From: Octopus sinensis
Lineage: Eukaryota
Assembly: GCF_006345805.1 (NCBI RefSeq)
Contig: NC_042998.1
Span: forward strand, 128,588,001-128,652,000
Direction of reading: 5' to 3'
Length of the DNA stretch: 64,000 bases
The translations under genes and the position numbers were made by a program. Of the stretch, positions 38,361 through 51,121 are shown in pieces; positions within the stretch are counted from its first letter, which is position 1, and the number at the start of each line of letters is the position of its first letter. The notes below the pieces were generated by a model, which saw only the letters and a program-made list of their open reading frames with translations, did no database searches and was not told where the DNA came from.

Positions 38361-39588
38361 TATTGAGTCATCCCATAAATAATTGCGGTTTTTTCAACTG
38401 TATGAACTAAAACTTGGATGGGAACGGGATAAACTACCAGTATCAATTTAATATAGAAGGAGGTAGTAATTTTGCCTTTTGCAAGTTTTGAAGAGAGCAG
38501 TTTAATCTTAACAGTTATCTTTTCAAAGCTATAAGGGAAGTGACAAATGAATATATTCAGCATATTTTGCTTTATTAGGTCAATAAAAGCAACAACGCAA
38601 CAGAAAGTACAAGGAGTATTAATGCAGTATATGTGGATCAGACAATAAGCATAAGCCAGTGACAATGGTAGTTCCAGAAATTCCAAGCCAAAAACTACAG
38701 CCTCATACTGGAAGATCTGCAGAGCTCATCGAGGACGTCCTGCAAACCCTGGTGGGAAAAAATCCTATTGTAACTGTTGAGGAACTAGCAGAGAAGCTTG
38801 AATTTGGTCATTCAACCATTCATCGACACTTGTGTACCATCACAAAAGTCAGCAAATTGGGTCAATGAGTTCCTCACAAACTTTCCAAGTTTAATCGTGT
38901 GCAGAGAGTGAAAGTGTGCTCTTCTTTGCTGTCACGTCTCACAAATGAATCTTTTTTGGACCCAAATGGTGATGAGAAATGGGTTCTCTATAAAAATGTC
39001 AAATGCCGAAGACAGAGGGTAGAGAGAGGGGAACTACCAACACTCTAGGCTAAAGAAAGTCTTCACCCACGTAAGGCGTTATCTGTTTGGTGGGAAATGA
39101 AAAGTTTAGTCCACTTTGAACTTTAAACCCAAACCAAAAGATAAAGGAGATCTACTGCGAGTAGCTTGAGCAGTTTAAGTCAGCACTAGAAGAAAAACGA
39201 CCAACTTTGGTTTCAAGAAGAAAGGTGTTTGGCCACATACAGCAAGGATGTCATTCCAAAGACTGAAGCAGTTTGAATGGGAAACAATGCCCTACCCACC
39301 ATATTTGCCAGACATTGCCCCATCTGATTATCATTTATTCCGCAGTCTTCAAAATCATTTGGTCAGAAAAAATATGAATTCTGTAGATGAAATCAGAATA
39401 GTACTGGAGGAGTATTTTTTGTCACGGACAAGTGAATTTTGGAAGAGGGACCTTGCAAGTCTACCAGATAGATGGAAGAGCATTGTAGAAAATGGAGGAG
39501 AGTATATTTTAGATTACAAAAGAACTTAATCTTAATTTTGAAAAATAAAAGAAATATAAAAAAAACACATTTATTGGATAACCCAATA
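38361..39588 (+). mobile_element. Full-length degenerate mariner (D,D34D)
   Basis: Imperfect TIRs tattgagtcatcccataaat and rc tattgggttatccaataaat with TA ends, about 1.23 kb. Motifs (W>stop)VPHKL, NGDEKWVLY and YPPYLPDIAPSDYHLF, broken by stops and frameshifts. Confidence 0.92.
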
Positions 39589-40532
39589 CCAAGCAAGCTT
39601 GGTGGGGTTGCTCTTAATTATATACTGTTAAATGACAAAATAATTCTTTTTTACACTAGAAAGTTTTGTACTGCTGTGTTTTAACCATGAGATGAGCATG
39701 TTAATTCAAGATTACATTAAAAAAATGAAAAAAAAGATCAATTGGCAGCTTTTCAGAATGAACTACTAGAAAGTTTGCAACAATCAGCTTATGGTCAAAC
39801 TTGTACAGTATGACAACAGGTTACCGAAAGTAAAAGCTGGGTGCAGTATGTAATCAATCACTGGAATTCAAATTGACATCTATGACAGCAATAGAAAATG
39901 ACCAATCTGATATCCAATGACCTACATATGACTATCTGCATGAACGCCTATACTAAAAAGGTAACTCACAAAACACTGAAAAACTATTTCCAAACAAATG
40001 ATCAGATGAGACTGTTTCCAACAAGCTTGCCTCAGGCAAGAAGATAAATATCTAATATGAAACTAACTGTTAGGTTATTGGTCTTGTTGTTGTTTAGTAC
40101 TAGGTCAGCCAAATGATTTTGACCTCAGAGTATATTTTTTCTAATTTAACTTCAGACTGTCCTTCATTAAAGAAATCTATAGTTAAAGTCATTCTAGATT
40201 CAGTCATGACTATCATGTCTGATCCCATCTTTTATTCTGATGTAGGGTATCAAAGACTACATGATTCAATGTGTTCTTCCACATTTTCTACAACTATTCA
40301 TCACAAACACTTTATAAATTAATGCAATATCTTAATCTAACTTTCAGAGCCAATTATTACATACCCAATGAACCACGCTCAATTTAGAGCTTTCACCATT
40401 ATTGAGAATATTGTATCCAAACTAATGATTTGTAGGTATGTGGCATTTCGTTATGCAACCATAAAATACTGTAAGGTATATTGAACATCTTTTAGAAGTC
40501 AATACTATGTTCTACTGTGTTAGCAGAGTCAC

Positions 40533-41110
40533 CATCATTTAACGTCTTTCTATGCTAGCATCAGTCGGACAGTTTGACTGAGGTCTGGAAAGCCAGTAGC
40601 TGCACCAGGCTCCAAACTGATCTGGCAATGTTTCTACAGCTGAATCCTTTCCTAACGCCAACCTCTCTGAGAGTGTAGTGGGTACTTTTTACATGCCACT
40701 GGCACAGGAGCCAGTCAGATGAGCCTGGCATCAATCACATTTGGATAATACTTTTTATCTGTCACCGGCATGGGAGCCACTCAGGCGGACCTGGCATCGA
40801 CCACATTTGGATGGTGCATTTTACATGTTACCAGCACAGGAGCCAGTCAGGAGGTGCTGGCATCGACCATGTTCGGATGATGCATTTTACATGCCACTGG
40901 AATAGGAGCCAGTCAGGGGGCATTGGCCACAGCTACGATTTTGGTTTTAGTTGACTCAACAGGTTTTCTCAAGCATATCATATCGCCCAATGCATCAAGA
41001 GTACTTTTAAATGGACCAGACATGCAACACTGGCATCAACCATAGCTGTGATCTCACTTTAGTTGCCAGGTCTTCTTAATCACAACATATCTCCAAAGGT
41101 CTTGGTCTCT
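40533..41110 (-). mobile_element. RTE-related 3' tail fragment with expanded internal repeats
   Basis: Same tail, with about five internal ~60-nt units (gagccagtcagg...ctggcatcgaccac). Confidence 0.8.
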
Positions 41111-41114
41111 TGTC

Positions 41115-42145
41115 ATTGCACTTTACATTATTTGTTCAGGTTATTACTACAGATATTCTATAGAAATTATAACTAACACTGATTTTTGCTATTACGTTTC
41201 ATATACGAGATGACATCAGATGTAAACAAACAATGAGATGAAAGATGAAAAATGGGTGATGGGCATAATGCAGTAGAACACGGTACTGACTCATAAAAAC
41301 ATTTGCTATACTTTATAGTATATTATGATTGCGTTATGACATACCATGTGCCTACAAATCATTAGTATTTACATACTACCAGCTTCCAGGAGCATTCACC
41401 ACTATATATATAGTGGCTATTTAAGCAATGTGTTCAAAAATGATTAATGGGTTAGATGGGTGCTGATGAAGGGGAAAAACTCCCTGAAATATGGCACATA
41501 TGACCATTACCCATTTTTCATCTTGGGCAATATGCTGTGGTTGAGAAGACCTGTTGAGTCAAGTGAAATCGTTTTCATGGCCAATGCCAGCGCTGCTTGA
41601 CTGGCACCCATGCTGGTGGCAAGTAAAAAGCAGCATCTGAGCATGACTGATGCCAGTGGATGGTGATACATAAAAAGTACCATTCGAGTGTGGTCGATGC
41701 CAGTGCTGCCTAACTGGCTCTCATGCCGGCAGCACATAAAAAGCACCAGTCAAATGTGGTCAATACCAGTGCTGCCTGACTGGCTCGCATGCTGGTGGCA
41801 AGTAAAAAGCACCATCTGAGCACAGTTGATACCAGTGCTGCCTGATTGTACCCACTACACTCTCGGAGTGGTTGGCGTTAAGAAAGGCATCCAGCTGTAG
41901 AAACCTTGCCAGATCAGACTGGAGCCTGGTGCAGCTGCTGGCTTGCCAGTCCTCAGTTAAACTGTCCAACCCATGCCAGCATGGAAAGCAGATGTTAAAC
42001 AATGATGATGATATCATTATTTGTATACATCTAACATCTCGTATATGAAACGTGGTAGCAAAAATCAGTGCTGGGTATAATTTGTATAGAATATCTGTAG
42101 AAATAACCTTAACAAATGATGTATCAAAGTAGTGCAAAACATCCT
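41115..42145. mobile_element. Fold-back MITE interrupted by an RTE 3' tail
   Basis: Left arm 41115-41266 matches the reverse complement of 41498-41523 joined to 42013-42145. LINE tail occupies about 41524-42012. Confidence 0.7.
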
Positions 42146-43945
42146 CTCTCATTTGACATCTCATAGAATCTAAATGTCACATAAAAAATTTTCATCTTGT
42201 GTTTGAAATTCTTAAGCATCTCAAAAGAGTGTCACTGTTTTGCAAGGAAATTTACACACAAATTTAGAAATTCATTTGATTAGCATGAGAGTTGTTCACC
42301 AACACACCTCAAATAATGGCTTGTGGACCCAATGACCCTCCAGTGTGCCTTTTCTAGAGCTACACTAGTGACATGTGATGAACAGGGTTGGCTAGTCTCT
42401 TGCGTTATATAAAGACTCTTCAGGCATTCTTGACTCACTCATTTCTCATTCAGATTGAGTTCACCTCCATTTCCTTCACAAACCACTTTCCCCAGTCCTT
42501 CTAGGTTTGTATTTCTGCGGATGGTTATACTTTTCAATCTTGTTCAATGATCCCATAAATATATAACTTAAAAAGTTTCAAAAGATAAAGGAAATAAGCA
42601 ACATCAATAATTTATTAATTATATTTTTCCTAGAGAGTAGAATTCCAGAGAACTAAAAGATTGAGTATAGTGGTTAATGCAGTTCCTGGAAGTGGGTACA
42701 ATGCACTTTATAGGTGATGGAACAAGAGACGAGTGAGCCAAGAGTACTTGAGTGGAGGTGGCAAGAAACCAGTCAGCTCTGAGGAGCAAAGGCCACTGTA
42801 ACAACAGTAAGAGAGGGGGAGAAAGTAAGAGAGAGAGAGAGAGAGGGAGAACAAAAACGAGAGTACATTCGTGGACCAGAAGTGGGAGTGTGTGGGTGAG
42901 TGATTTCATACGAAACTAATTGTATGTGACTACATACACAGGTAAAAGTGGCAAAGGATATCATTTGTTATAAATTATATCAGCAAAGAGAAAATACCAT
43001 CCATTTAATACAAATAATTTACTTTTGTTATATTGCTATTCATAATAATTAAATTCTATGTTACATTTAATTATTTGCAATTTTGCTTAATTTGCTGGCT
43101 AAATTATCTCTAGGGATTGTATCAGTTTTATACCGATTCCAGTTAGGTTAAGGAGAATGAAGTATGTGTACACATATACATACATATATATGTATATGCC
43201 AGCACGGAAGGCAGACATTAAATGATGATGATGATGATACACACACACACACACACACAAAGGGTGTGTGTCTTTTCCAGGGGAGCGCTCCTTGTTTCAT
43301 TTCAAACTGTATCAACAGAAGTATACAATTTTCATGCAATCACAATTTGTGAATCAGATATAGACTAAAACAACTAAGATTTCGCAGGCCATTTATCCCA
43401 ATATATGCTTTTATCAGCTTCAATTTGCAATTCATTCTTTAAGCTCCACCCTGTCTTATTATATTATATTTCTGTTAATGTCTATACTTTTCATTAACCC
43501 TCATTACTACATGCCTTCTTTGACATGCCTCTCAGCTATCTACCACCTTAAAGTACTATGTGTCAACTTAACATTCATACAGATTATTTGATATCATCGT
43601 CCCATTAATAACTAACTCACAAAGCCTTACAATAACTAGCTAAACCAGTTTTCAAACAATATCAGAGTGATCAGCCCAGCTTGATCACGTTTCGTATGTC
43701 ATGGTCTACTACAGAACAGTGAACAAACCATTCACACGCCTACAAAATAGGACATTTTTGAAAAGAGAACATACATAAGAAGGCAGTGTTAATGTCTCTG
43801 TTCATAGTGGGTACCACCCCCACATCAAGCTGAGCAGTTAAAGGTGAAAGACATTTCTGTGCAGAATGATCGCTTCAACAGTATTGAAATATTTAAACGG
43901 CTAACGCCTATCTGTCACATATGCTGACTTAGAAAAGTAGATCAA

Positions 43946-44410
43946 CATCATTTAACATCCATTTTCCATGCTGGCATGGGTTAGATGGTTTGACTGGAAC
44001 TGGTAAACCAGAGAACAGCACCAAGAATTAATCTATCTTGGCTTGGTTTCTATAGCTGGATGCCCTTCTTAACACCAACCACTCCACAGAGCGTACTGAG
44101 TGTCTTTTATGTATCTCTGGCATTTACATGTCACCGGCATGGGTGCCTTTTACGTACCACCGGCATGGGTGCTTTTACGTGTCACCAACAAGAGTGTCTT
44201 CCCTGCATCACTGGCACAGGTGCCTTTCATCTGTCACTGACACTGGCTACAACTATGATTTCACTTAGCTTGACAGGTCTTCTCAAGCACAGCAAAATGC
44301 CACAAGACTTGGTCACTTGTCATCACTTCCATGAGACTCAACATCCAAAGACCATATTTCACCACCTCTCAGTCTTCCTGGGTCCACCCCTTCCACAGGT
44401 TCCCTGCACA
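43946..44410 (-). mobile_element. RTE LINE 3' tail fragment
   Basis: catcatttaacatccattttccatgctggcatggg head plus tail motifs. Further fragments at 29520-29750, 48255-48470, 56265-56336 and 61370-61545. Confidence 0.75.
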
Positions 44411-44752
44411 GTTACAGATTGACACTTCTTTATGCAGCTGTTCTTGTGCAACAATTTTAGTTTGATAATTCATTTGTGAAACTATTTCAAACCTTAAAAG
44501 TTATATAATTATTGTCCATTCAAAAGTACTGCTTAGTTACCCAATATCAATCAACAAAATTGTAATTAATAATCAAAATACTACTTAATTTAAGTCAAAC
44601 ATTTATTTAAGACACATGTGGCTGGATGACAAGAAGTCTGCTCCCAACCGTGTGGCACCTTGGGCAAGTGTCATTTACTATAGCCTCCAGTTGACCAAAA
44701 CCTTGTGAGTGGATTAGGTAGATGGAAACACAAAGAAGCCCATTGTGTGTAT

Positions 44753-44784
<32 letters not shown>

Positions 44785-45722
44785 AAGTTGACTGGTACTT
44801 ATTTATTGAACTCAAAAGGATCAAAGGTAAAGCTGATCTTTGTGGAATTTGAACTTAGGTACAGAAAACTAAAACAAATCCTGTTAAGGCATTCTATCCA
44901 ATATTTTAATGACTACCAAACCACCACCTTAGAATTCATTTTTTTTTTCCTCTTTTGTTTGAATATAAATGTATAAAATTGCAGGGAATAATTCAGAGAC
45001 CTCAACCTCAAAGAATGCACAGTGAAGATAAATGATTGATCCTGCCAACCAAAAAACTCAAAAGTATAAAAGTCTCTTTTTCTCTCTCTCTATTATTATT
45101 TTTATTATTAGCAAAACAATGTAAACCAAAATATCATTTAGCTTAATATGCAGTATGGAGTTTAGCTTTTTCAAGAAGGACATGTTAGCAGCCATGAAGA
45201 GTATTTTTAGAATACATTGTGTTATATTTTATCGAACAAAAATTGATGTTAGCATTGTACATGTGCGCTGATGCATAGGTATTGTCAACAGTTTTATATA
45301 CTCATTGATATACTCTCAGGTATGAATTAATCAGAACAAATAAATTATTCCAAGACCTATAAAAAATTTGTCATTGGTATAATTCAGGGTATCATACAGA
45401 TTAGTCTTATTCTAACAAATGAATGAATGAAAGAGAGAGTGAGAAAAAAAAAAGAAAATAGGTGTAGGTGTGCACCTAATAACAGTATAGTGGTATGTCG
45501 TGCTTTCAGATTGTTGGAAACAGGTTTCTATACACACCCAGCAGAAAGTGTCAGTGCAACTTAAACAGTACTAGATATGTTGTATGTGAGTGTGTGTATG
45601 TGGAGCTATTTATTATAACCTCTTTAACCGACCTTCATACCTCCCGTTCTCTCTCTTTCTCTCATAAGTAGGCTATCTGATTAGCAAGCTTTCTAGTTAA
45701 ACAGACTTGAAATCAAACTCAC

Positions 45723-45747
45723 TCCAGTATAATATCACTTTAAACAT
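45723..45747 (-). CDS. Candidate alternative first coding exon MFKVILYW (phase 1)
   Basis: ATG TTT AAA GTG ATA TTA TAC TGG A followed by gtgagt. Lies in about 3 kb of repeat-poor, CpG-retaining DNA. Confidence 0.25.
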
Positions 45748-48700
45748 ACGTTGCTAGTATCACTCACAGTGGAAGTAGAAAGCTAATTGTGAAGGTAAGT
45801 ATATTATAAAATAGAGCACTACAGAGGTAATAATATCAGTTGTAAAGCACCAAAAGATAGAAGTAAACGAACAAGATCCAATTTGTTGATATATCAACAT
45901 AGATTTACACCGCATTTTTTTTTATGTGAATCTGAGAAGAAAATTTATGTGATGGTCATAGCTAAAATACCTTTGATCAGCAATATATTTGATCAAGGCT
46001 GATCTGGGTTCAAACAACAACTACTTGAAATGAAGTACATCAGGTCTTGGAATATTCAGCAACAGAATTTGTATAAATTAGTGGTGGTCTGTAGTTTATA
46101 AAGTTTCCCAAATTAAAATAATTTCATGTGCTACAAAAAAAAAAAACTGTAATACTTCAGGTTGTACTCAAACGGACTAACAATTTTGTTTTCTTTGTTA
46201 ATGTACAGAACAAAAAGTCTATACTGTTTCATGAACTTGAAGTTAAGCCTTATAAGTTATAGAGAAAACAACGTAAAAATTATGAAAACTTACTTTTATA
46301 CAACTACATCTGACTAGTGTTAGCTGGAAAATATATGTTAAACCACAAAAATCATGTAAAATGATATATAAAATTTATGTGATCTATTTTCGGTGTTTAG
46401 TAAGATGACAAATTTATGACAACAGTCAAGCAGCTTCTTACGCTGTGTATGGTTATGGAGAAAAAAAAAATTCTTTAATTTGAATAAACAAAGATTATAT
46501 ACCTTTGATAGCAACAAAAGTAGATCAAGTACACTAGAATAAGCAAAACAAATCAGTTAAGACTAACACCTTAGAAATTAAAACCTTTGAAGTAGTGAGC
46601 GACAAGTGACAAATTTACAATTTTTCAGGGGTTTTTTTTTGTCCCTTATCATGTCAATAATACTCTAACAGCATTTAAAAAAACATTACCCCTACCATAG
46701 TCCTTAAATACAAAGCATCAATAAATTTTAATACAAAGTACAACATTAGACATAAGTTCTATGTTTTGCCTGCTACTTTCAGTGAGTGAAGACTTTTCAA
46801 ACTGATCAGATTTGACACTTTTAGCTACCACACTCTTCCTATATCAAATAACTTGATGGTGAAAGAAGTACACCATTCTCCATCCCATTCAAGCACAAAG
46901 TCAACAATTTCAGAGTAGAGTGTGTGTAACATAATTCAGAGTTGATTACAGTATGACATATTTTTGATACTCCAAATCAAAAATTATAAAAAAAAAAAAA
47001 GGTTTTCACTAAATTAGAAAAGCAATTGATTAGGCCAATACTTCTCCAAAGTCATTCCACCAACTAAAAATAGCAGTCAAATCCCTCAAAACACCCCTGC
47101 CATCTTTCAAAAATAAAGAGAACATATTGGATAATGCAGCCAGAGATAACCTAAGCCTGAAAGACCAGGTTACCAGAGCTAAAATGTCTTTGATAAAAGG
47201 TCTGCCCAGAGGATAAACAACAACCAAACAATAAAAGATATAAACACTAACAGTGAAGGAGGTAGTAAACACGAACAGTTTTCAATATCAAATTTGATAT
47301 TTTCATCTACCAACAATACCCTTCTATCTTTAAGCCATTATCATCTCAAGTAAAAGGAAAAAAAACTTTCCATTTGATATCCACAGACATCTGTATTTAA
47401 TCAAATCGACCAAACGTATAATTAAATTTCAAGTGTCTTTAATGGCAAAAAAGTTATATTAATTTTTAAATATTTGTCATTTTTTACGAAGTTTCTTGAG
47501 AACACTTCTTCAGAGATAGGAACTATTCTGTCTATGATTAACTAAAAATTTATTAATCATATATGATTTAGAGCAAACCACTTAAGACTCTGGTATCAAT
47601 TTTGCACTATGCTTAAAAATTATATTCTGGACATTATTGAAATTATTATCAGAATAGTCTTTCAATAAATTGCTGGAAAAGATACATTTCTTCTACATTC
47701 CACAATTTGAATTCTTGTTTAAATGCATACATTTATTCATTTTCTTCATCAAGCCAATAATTGTTTGCTCATGTCCTTGTAGAAAGATATTTAAGCCATT
47801 CAGTCAAGAAAAATATCACAAAAACAAACTGAAGTATTGCTTGGAATCTAAAAGTCTTTAAACCAAAGCAGTATATTTTCAGATAAAAACATGACCATTT
47901 TATTTCATAGTGATGTGACTCACTGCAGAACTTTTCCTATTAAGTGTGAGTAACTTAATAAGCAATTCATATTTAGATCTGACTGGCAAAGAAAAAATTA
48001 CCAAAGATTCTGTTGAGATTTGGGATTTATAAAGATTATAGTTTGAGCAGTGACATTATGAAATACAATCCTAATGGTTAACTTCTTGAAGCAAGCTTTT
48101 TTTTTTATAAAAAAAAAAAAAGACAGAAGAAAACATTAATTTGAGGATTAAACTCCTTTACTTTTCCACAAAATTCTTGATACGCTCAAAGTATTGCTGA
48201 TGCATCATTGATACATATACTGAAGCTTTTACTCCAACTTATTCCCTTTTCTCGTCATCACCATTTAATGTCTATTTTCCATGCTGGCATGGGTTGGATA
48301 GTTTGACAGGAGCTGGCAAGCCAGAGAGCTGTGCCAGGCTCTAATTGTCTGCTTTGGCATTGTATCAATGGCTAGATGCCCTTCCTAATGCCAACCACTT
48401 TTTAGAGTGTACTGGGTGTTTTTTAATGTGGTACCAGCATGGCATGCGTGCTTTATATGTAGCACCATTTCAAAAACATAGTTTTCAAATGTTGAAGTAA
48501 AAATTATTTTGTAGAACAAAATTCTTTCCGTGTTTTTGTCACCTCAATAAATTGGATATCTTTACTAATATCAGTTTATTCATTGGGCTGAATACTAGCA
48601 TCTCAACTTGCTTTTATTATAGAAATCACTTGCTCTTTAAGAATTCAAAAAATATAGCCAATATAACTATTGATGATATCATTTGACAATGGAATATACT

Positions 48701-50547
48701 GCAACTTCTTAACATCATCATCTCCATACATAATATAGACTATATTGCTGGTTTTACAAGGTCCTTTTCAATCATATGAGGGGAGGGGTCTTTTTTTTTC
48801 TATCTACAAAGAAACACAGTATGACACTAACGTTTATTTCCAAATATTTTGACTGGTTTCTCTCACTGAAGTTATCTCTCCTGCTTGTCACTGTTTTAGA
48901 TTTTAAACATTCATTGAGGGAACTTTTGTTTATTAATTGCAAGGAGAATCACAATTAACCCAAGATCTTCAACTTGCTGTATTATAGATGCTAGACACTA
49001 CAATGTGTAAAATACATAGTTTGGGCTTTCTTTCTAAATTTAGAATATAACTATTGCCATTGTATTATCTGAAATGACATAACTCAACCTACCTCTACAA
49101 TATAGGTTGAACAAGTAATATTTATTTACAGGATTTCCAATGTTAAATACAAGAACATCAGCTGTAATAAGGCCAATGTTAGCAGTAATACTTCAAACAT
49201 GCCAATCAACCAGATGGCAATTAGCTATTATTTAACTATTTAGCAAAGAGTTATTCATTATTATTCTCTTTTGCAAAAGTCATGACCTCTTCACTGACCT
49301 CACCAGTTTAAGGAAATTTAAACCTGTGTCCAATTTGCCAACACAGAAAAAAGTACCAACCCAGGGGAATGGATTGGCAAAACTGCTAGAGCATTGACTC
49401 AGATGCTTTGCAGTTTCTGTTCTGGCATTTTGCATTCTGACAGCAATGCCTGCAATAATACTAGTAGCAAGGTGTATTGGTCTTAAAGCAGAAGTCTTTC
49501 TTTTGGATAACATCAATGGCATGGGAAGGGGAGACTTGCATGCAGGTGCAAATACATGGTCAAACCTGACTGACAGAGACTCTGATTATAAGACCAAATG
49601 CAAGATATTCAGTATTGAGAGTAAGGGTAAAGTGTAAAGACCCCCTTCGGTCATGAATGACTATAGGATTACATCTAAAAGGTTACCTTCCGAGGCACAA
49701 GTCTGGGCAAGACTCTTTATGGAAGACCAAAAGTGACCTATGCATACTAGTCTCCCCTCTCCATGCCACCAATGTTATTGAAGGGAAAGACAAAGGCCAA
49801 TACAGCTTGGCATCAGTGACATCACAACTCATTTCTACAGCTGAGTAAATTGGAGCAATGTGAAATAAAGTGTCTTGCTCAAGAACGTACACAGCCCAGC
49901 CCAGGAATCCAACTCATTATCTCATAATTGTGAGCCCGACACTCTAACCACTGACCCATGCACCTTCACAATACTCAGCACTAAATGCAGAATATTCTGT
50001 CAATTACATTAAGACATCTGATATCCACTTCAGATGTGAAAGCCAAATTTAAAAATATTTCCTCAATGAATCAGAATATAGTTTCTAAACATAATTTGCT
50101 TTGTACTACATCATTCAGTTGGCTGGTACTATGTCACTGTTCTTAGTTACTCTGACAATACAAGAATTATGCCTCTATATTCTAATGATTGTCATAATTA
50201 AGACAATCATTTTAGACTTACTTGGATAAGTAATGCAGTATAGAATAAAATGGATTATAAAAGCATGGTTATAGTACATGAATAAAGAACACAGTAGTTC
50301 TTTCATATCACTGGTTTTAGAAATTGGTCAGAACAATTGATTAATGATAATATTTGTTCCAACTGTGCAATTAATGTAGTTAATATATGTGGCAAGGCAG
50401 ACCCAACCATATCAATATAAAAAAATGGCTCCTCTTATAAGAGCGTGTAGGTAGGTTTGACTCCACAGTATGTACATTAGGTAAATGTCTTCAACTAAAG
50501 CCTTGATTGAATCAACTAGTGTGTGTGTGTGTTAATGTGTGGAGAGA

Positions 50548-50652
50548 CAAAGGGGAATGTGAGAGGGTAAGAGAGAGTGTGAAAGTGTATGAGAGGGTAA
50601 GAGAGTGTGTGAAAGTGTATGAAAGAGAGAGAGAGTATGTGTGTGTGTGTGC
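50548..50652. repeat. Degenerate ~28-nt minisatellite (gagagggtaagagagagtgtgaaagtgtat)
   Basis: Two to three imperfect copies seen directly. Confidence 0.7.
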
Positions 50653-51121
50653 ATGTGAATACTTTGAAAGGTATTTACTTCCTTAAATAGAGACAAGTTC
50701 CAAAGACTAAATACTGAGGCGGGTTGATCTGATGAAAACAATTGGAGATGGTCCCCCAATAAGGTCACAGTCTAATGACTGAAACCAATAAAATACAACC
50801 TTGATTATATCCAAAACAAAAGCAGAAAAAAAATTTCATAATTTTGTAACAAGGGTCTGTATTGTTTTGTAAACTAGCTCAAGTGACACTTTCACAATCT
50901 AAAACTATTGCTAAGAGATTTTTCAAATAAAACTGGAGATGGTGTTTGTGTGCTAGTCTATTGTAGAATAAAACTAAGAATATATTCACATTTTAATGAG
51001 ACAGCTGCCAACAGATCATGGTACACAACTTTTGCTCTAGCCTAAGCATGGACATCATGATCATTATCAATCCTCTAGGCAGGGAGTCTTGGACAGAAAA
51101 GGGTGGGGTTCTCCTGTTAAT

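Noticed and set aside
39970-39975. 6-nt microexon-like TGTTTT (cag / gtgagt)
   Set aside because: Frame-compatible with the microexon chain, but the pyrimidine tract is short and interrupted by an AG. Such pairs are expected by chance.
47030-47272. 80-aa ORF containing WND
   Set aside because: WND is followed by TTT rather than a GT donor, and the upstream residues do not resemble ferlin exon 2.
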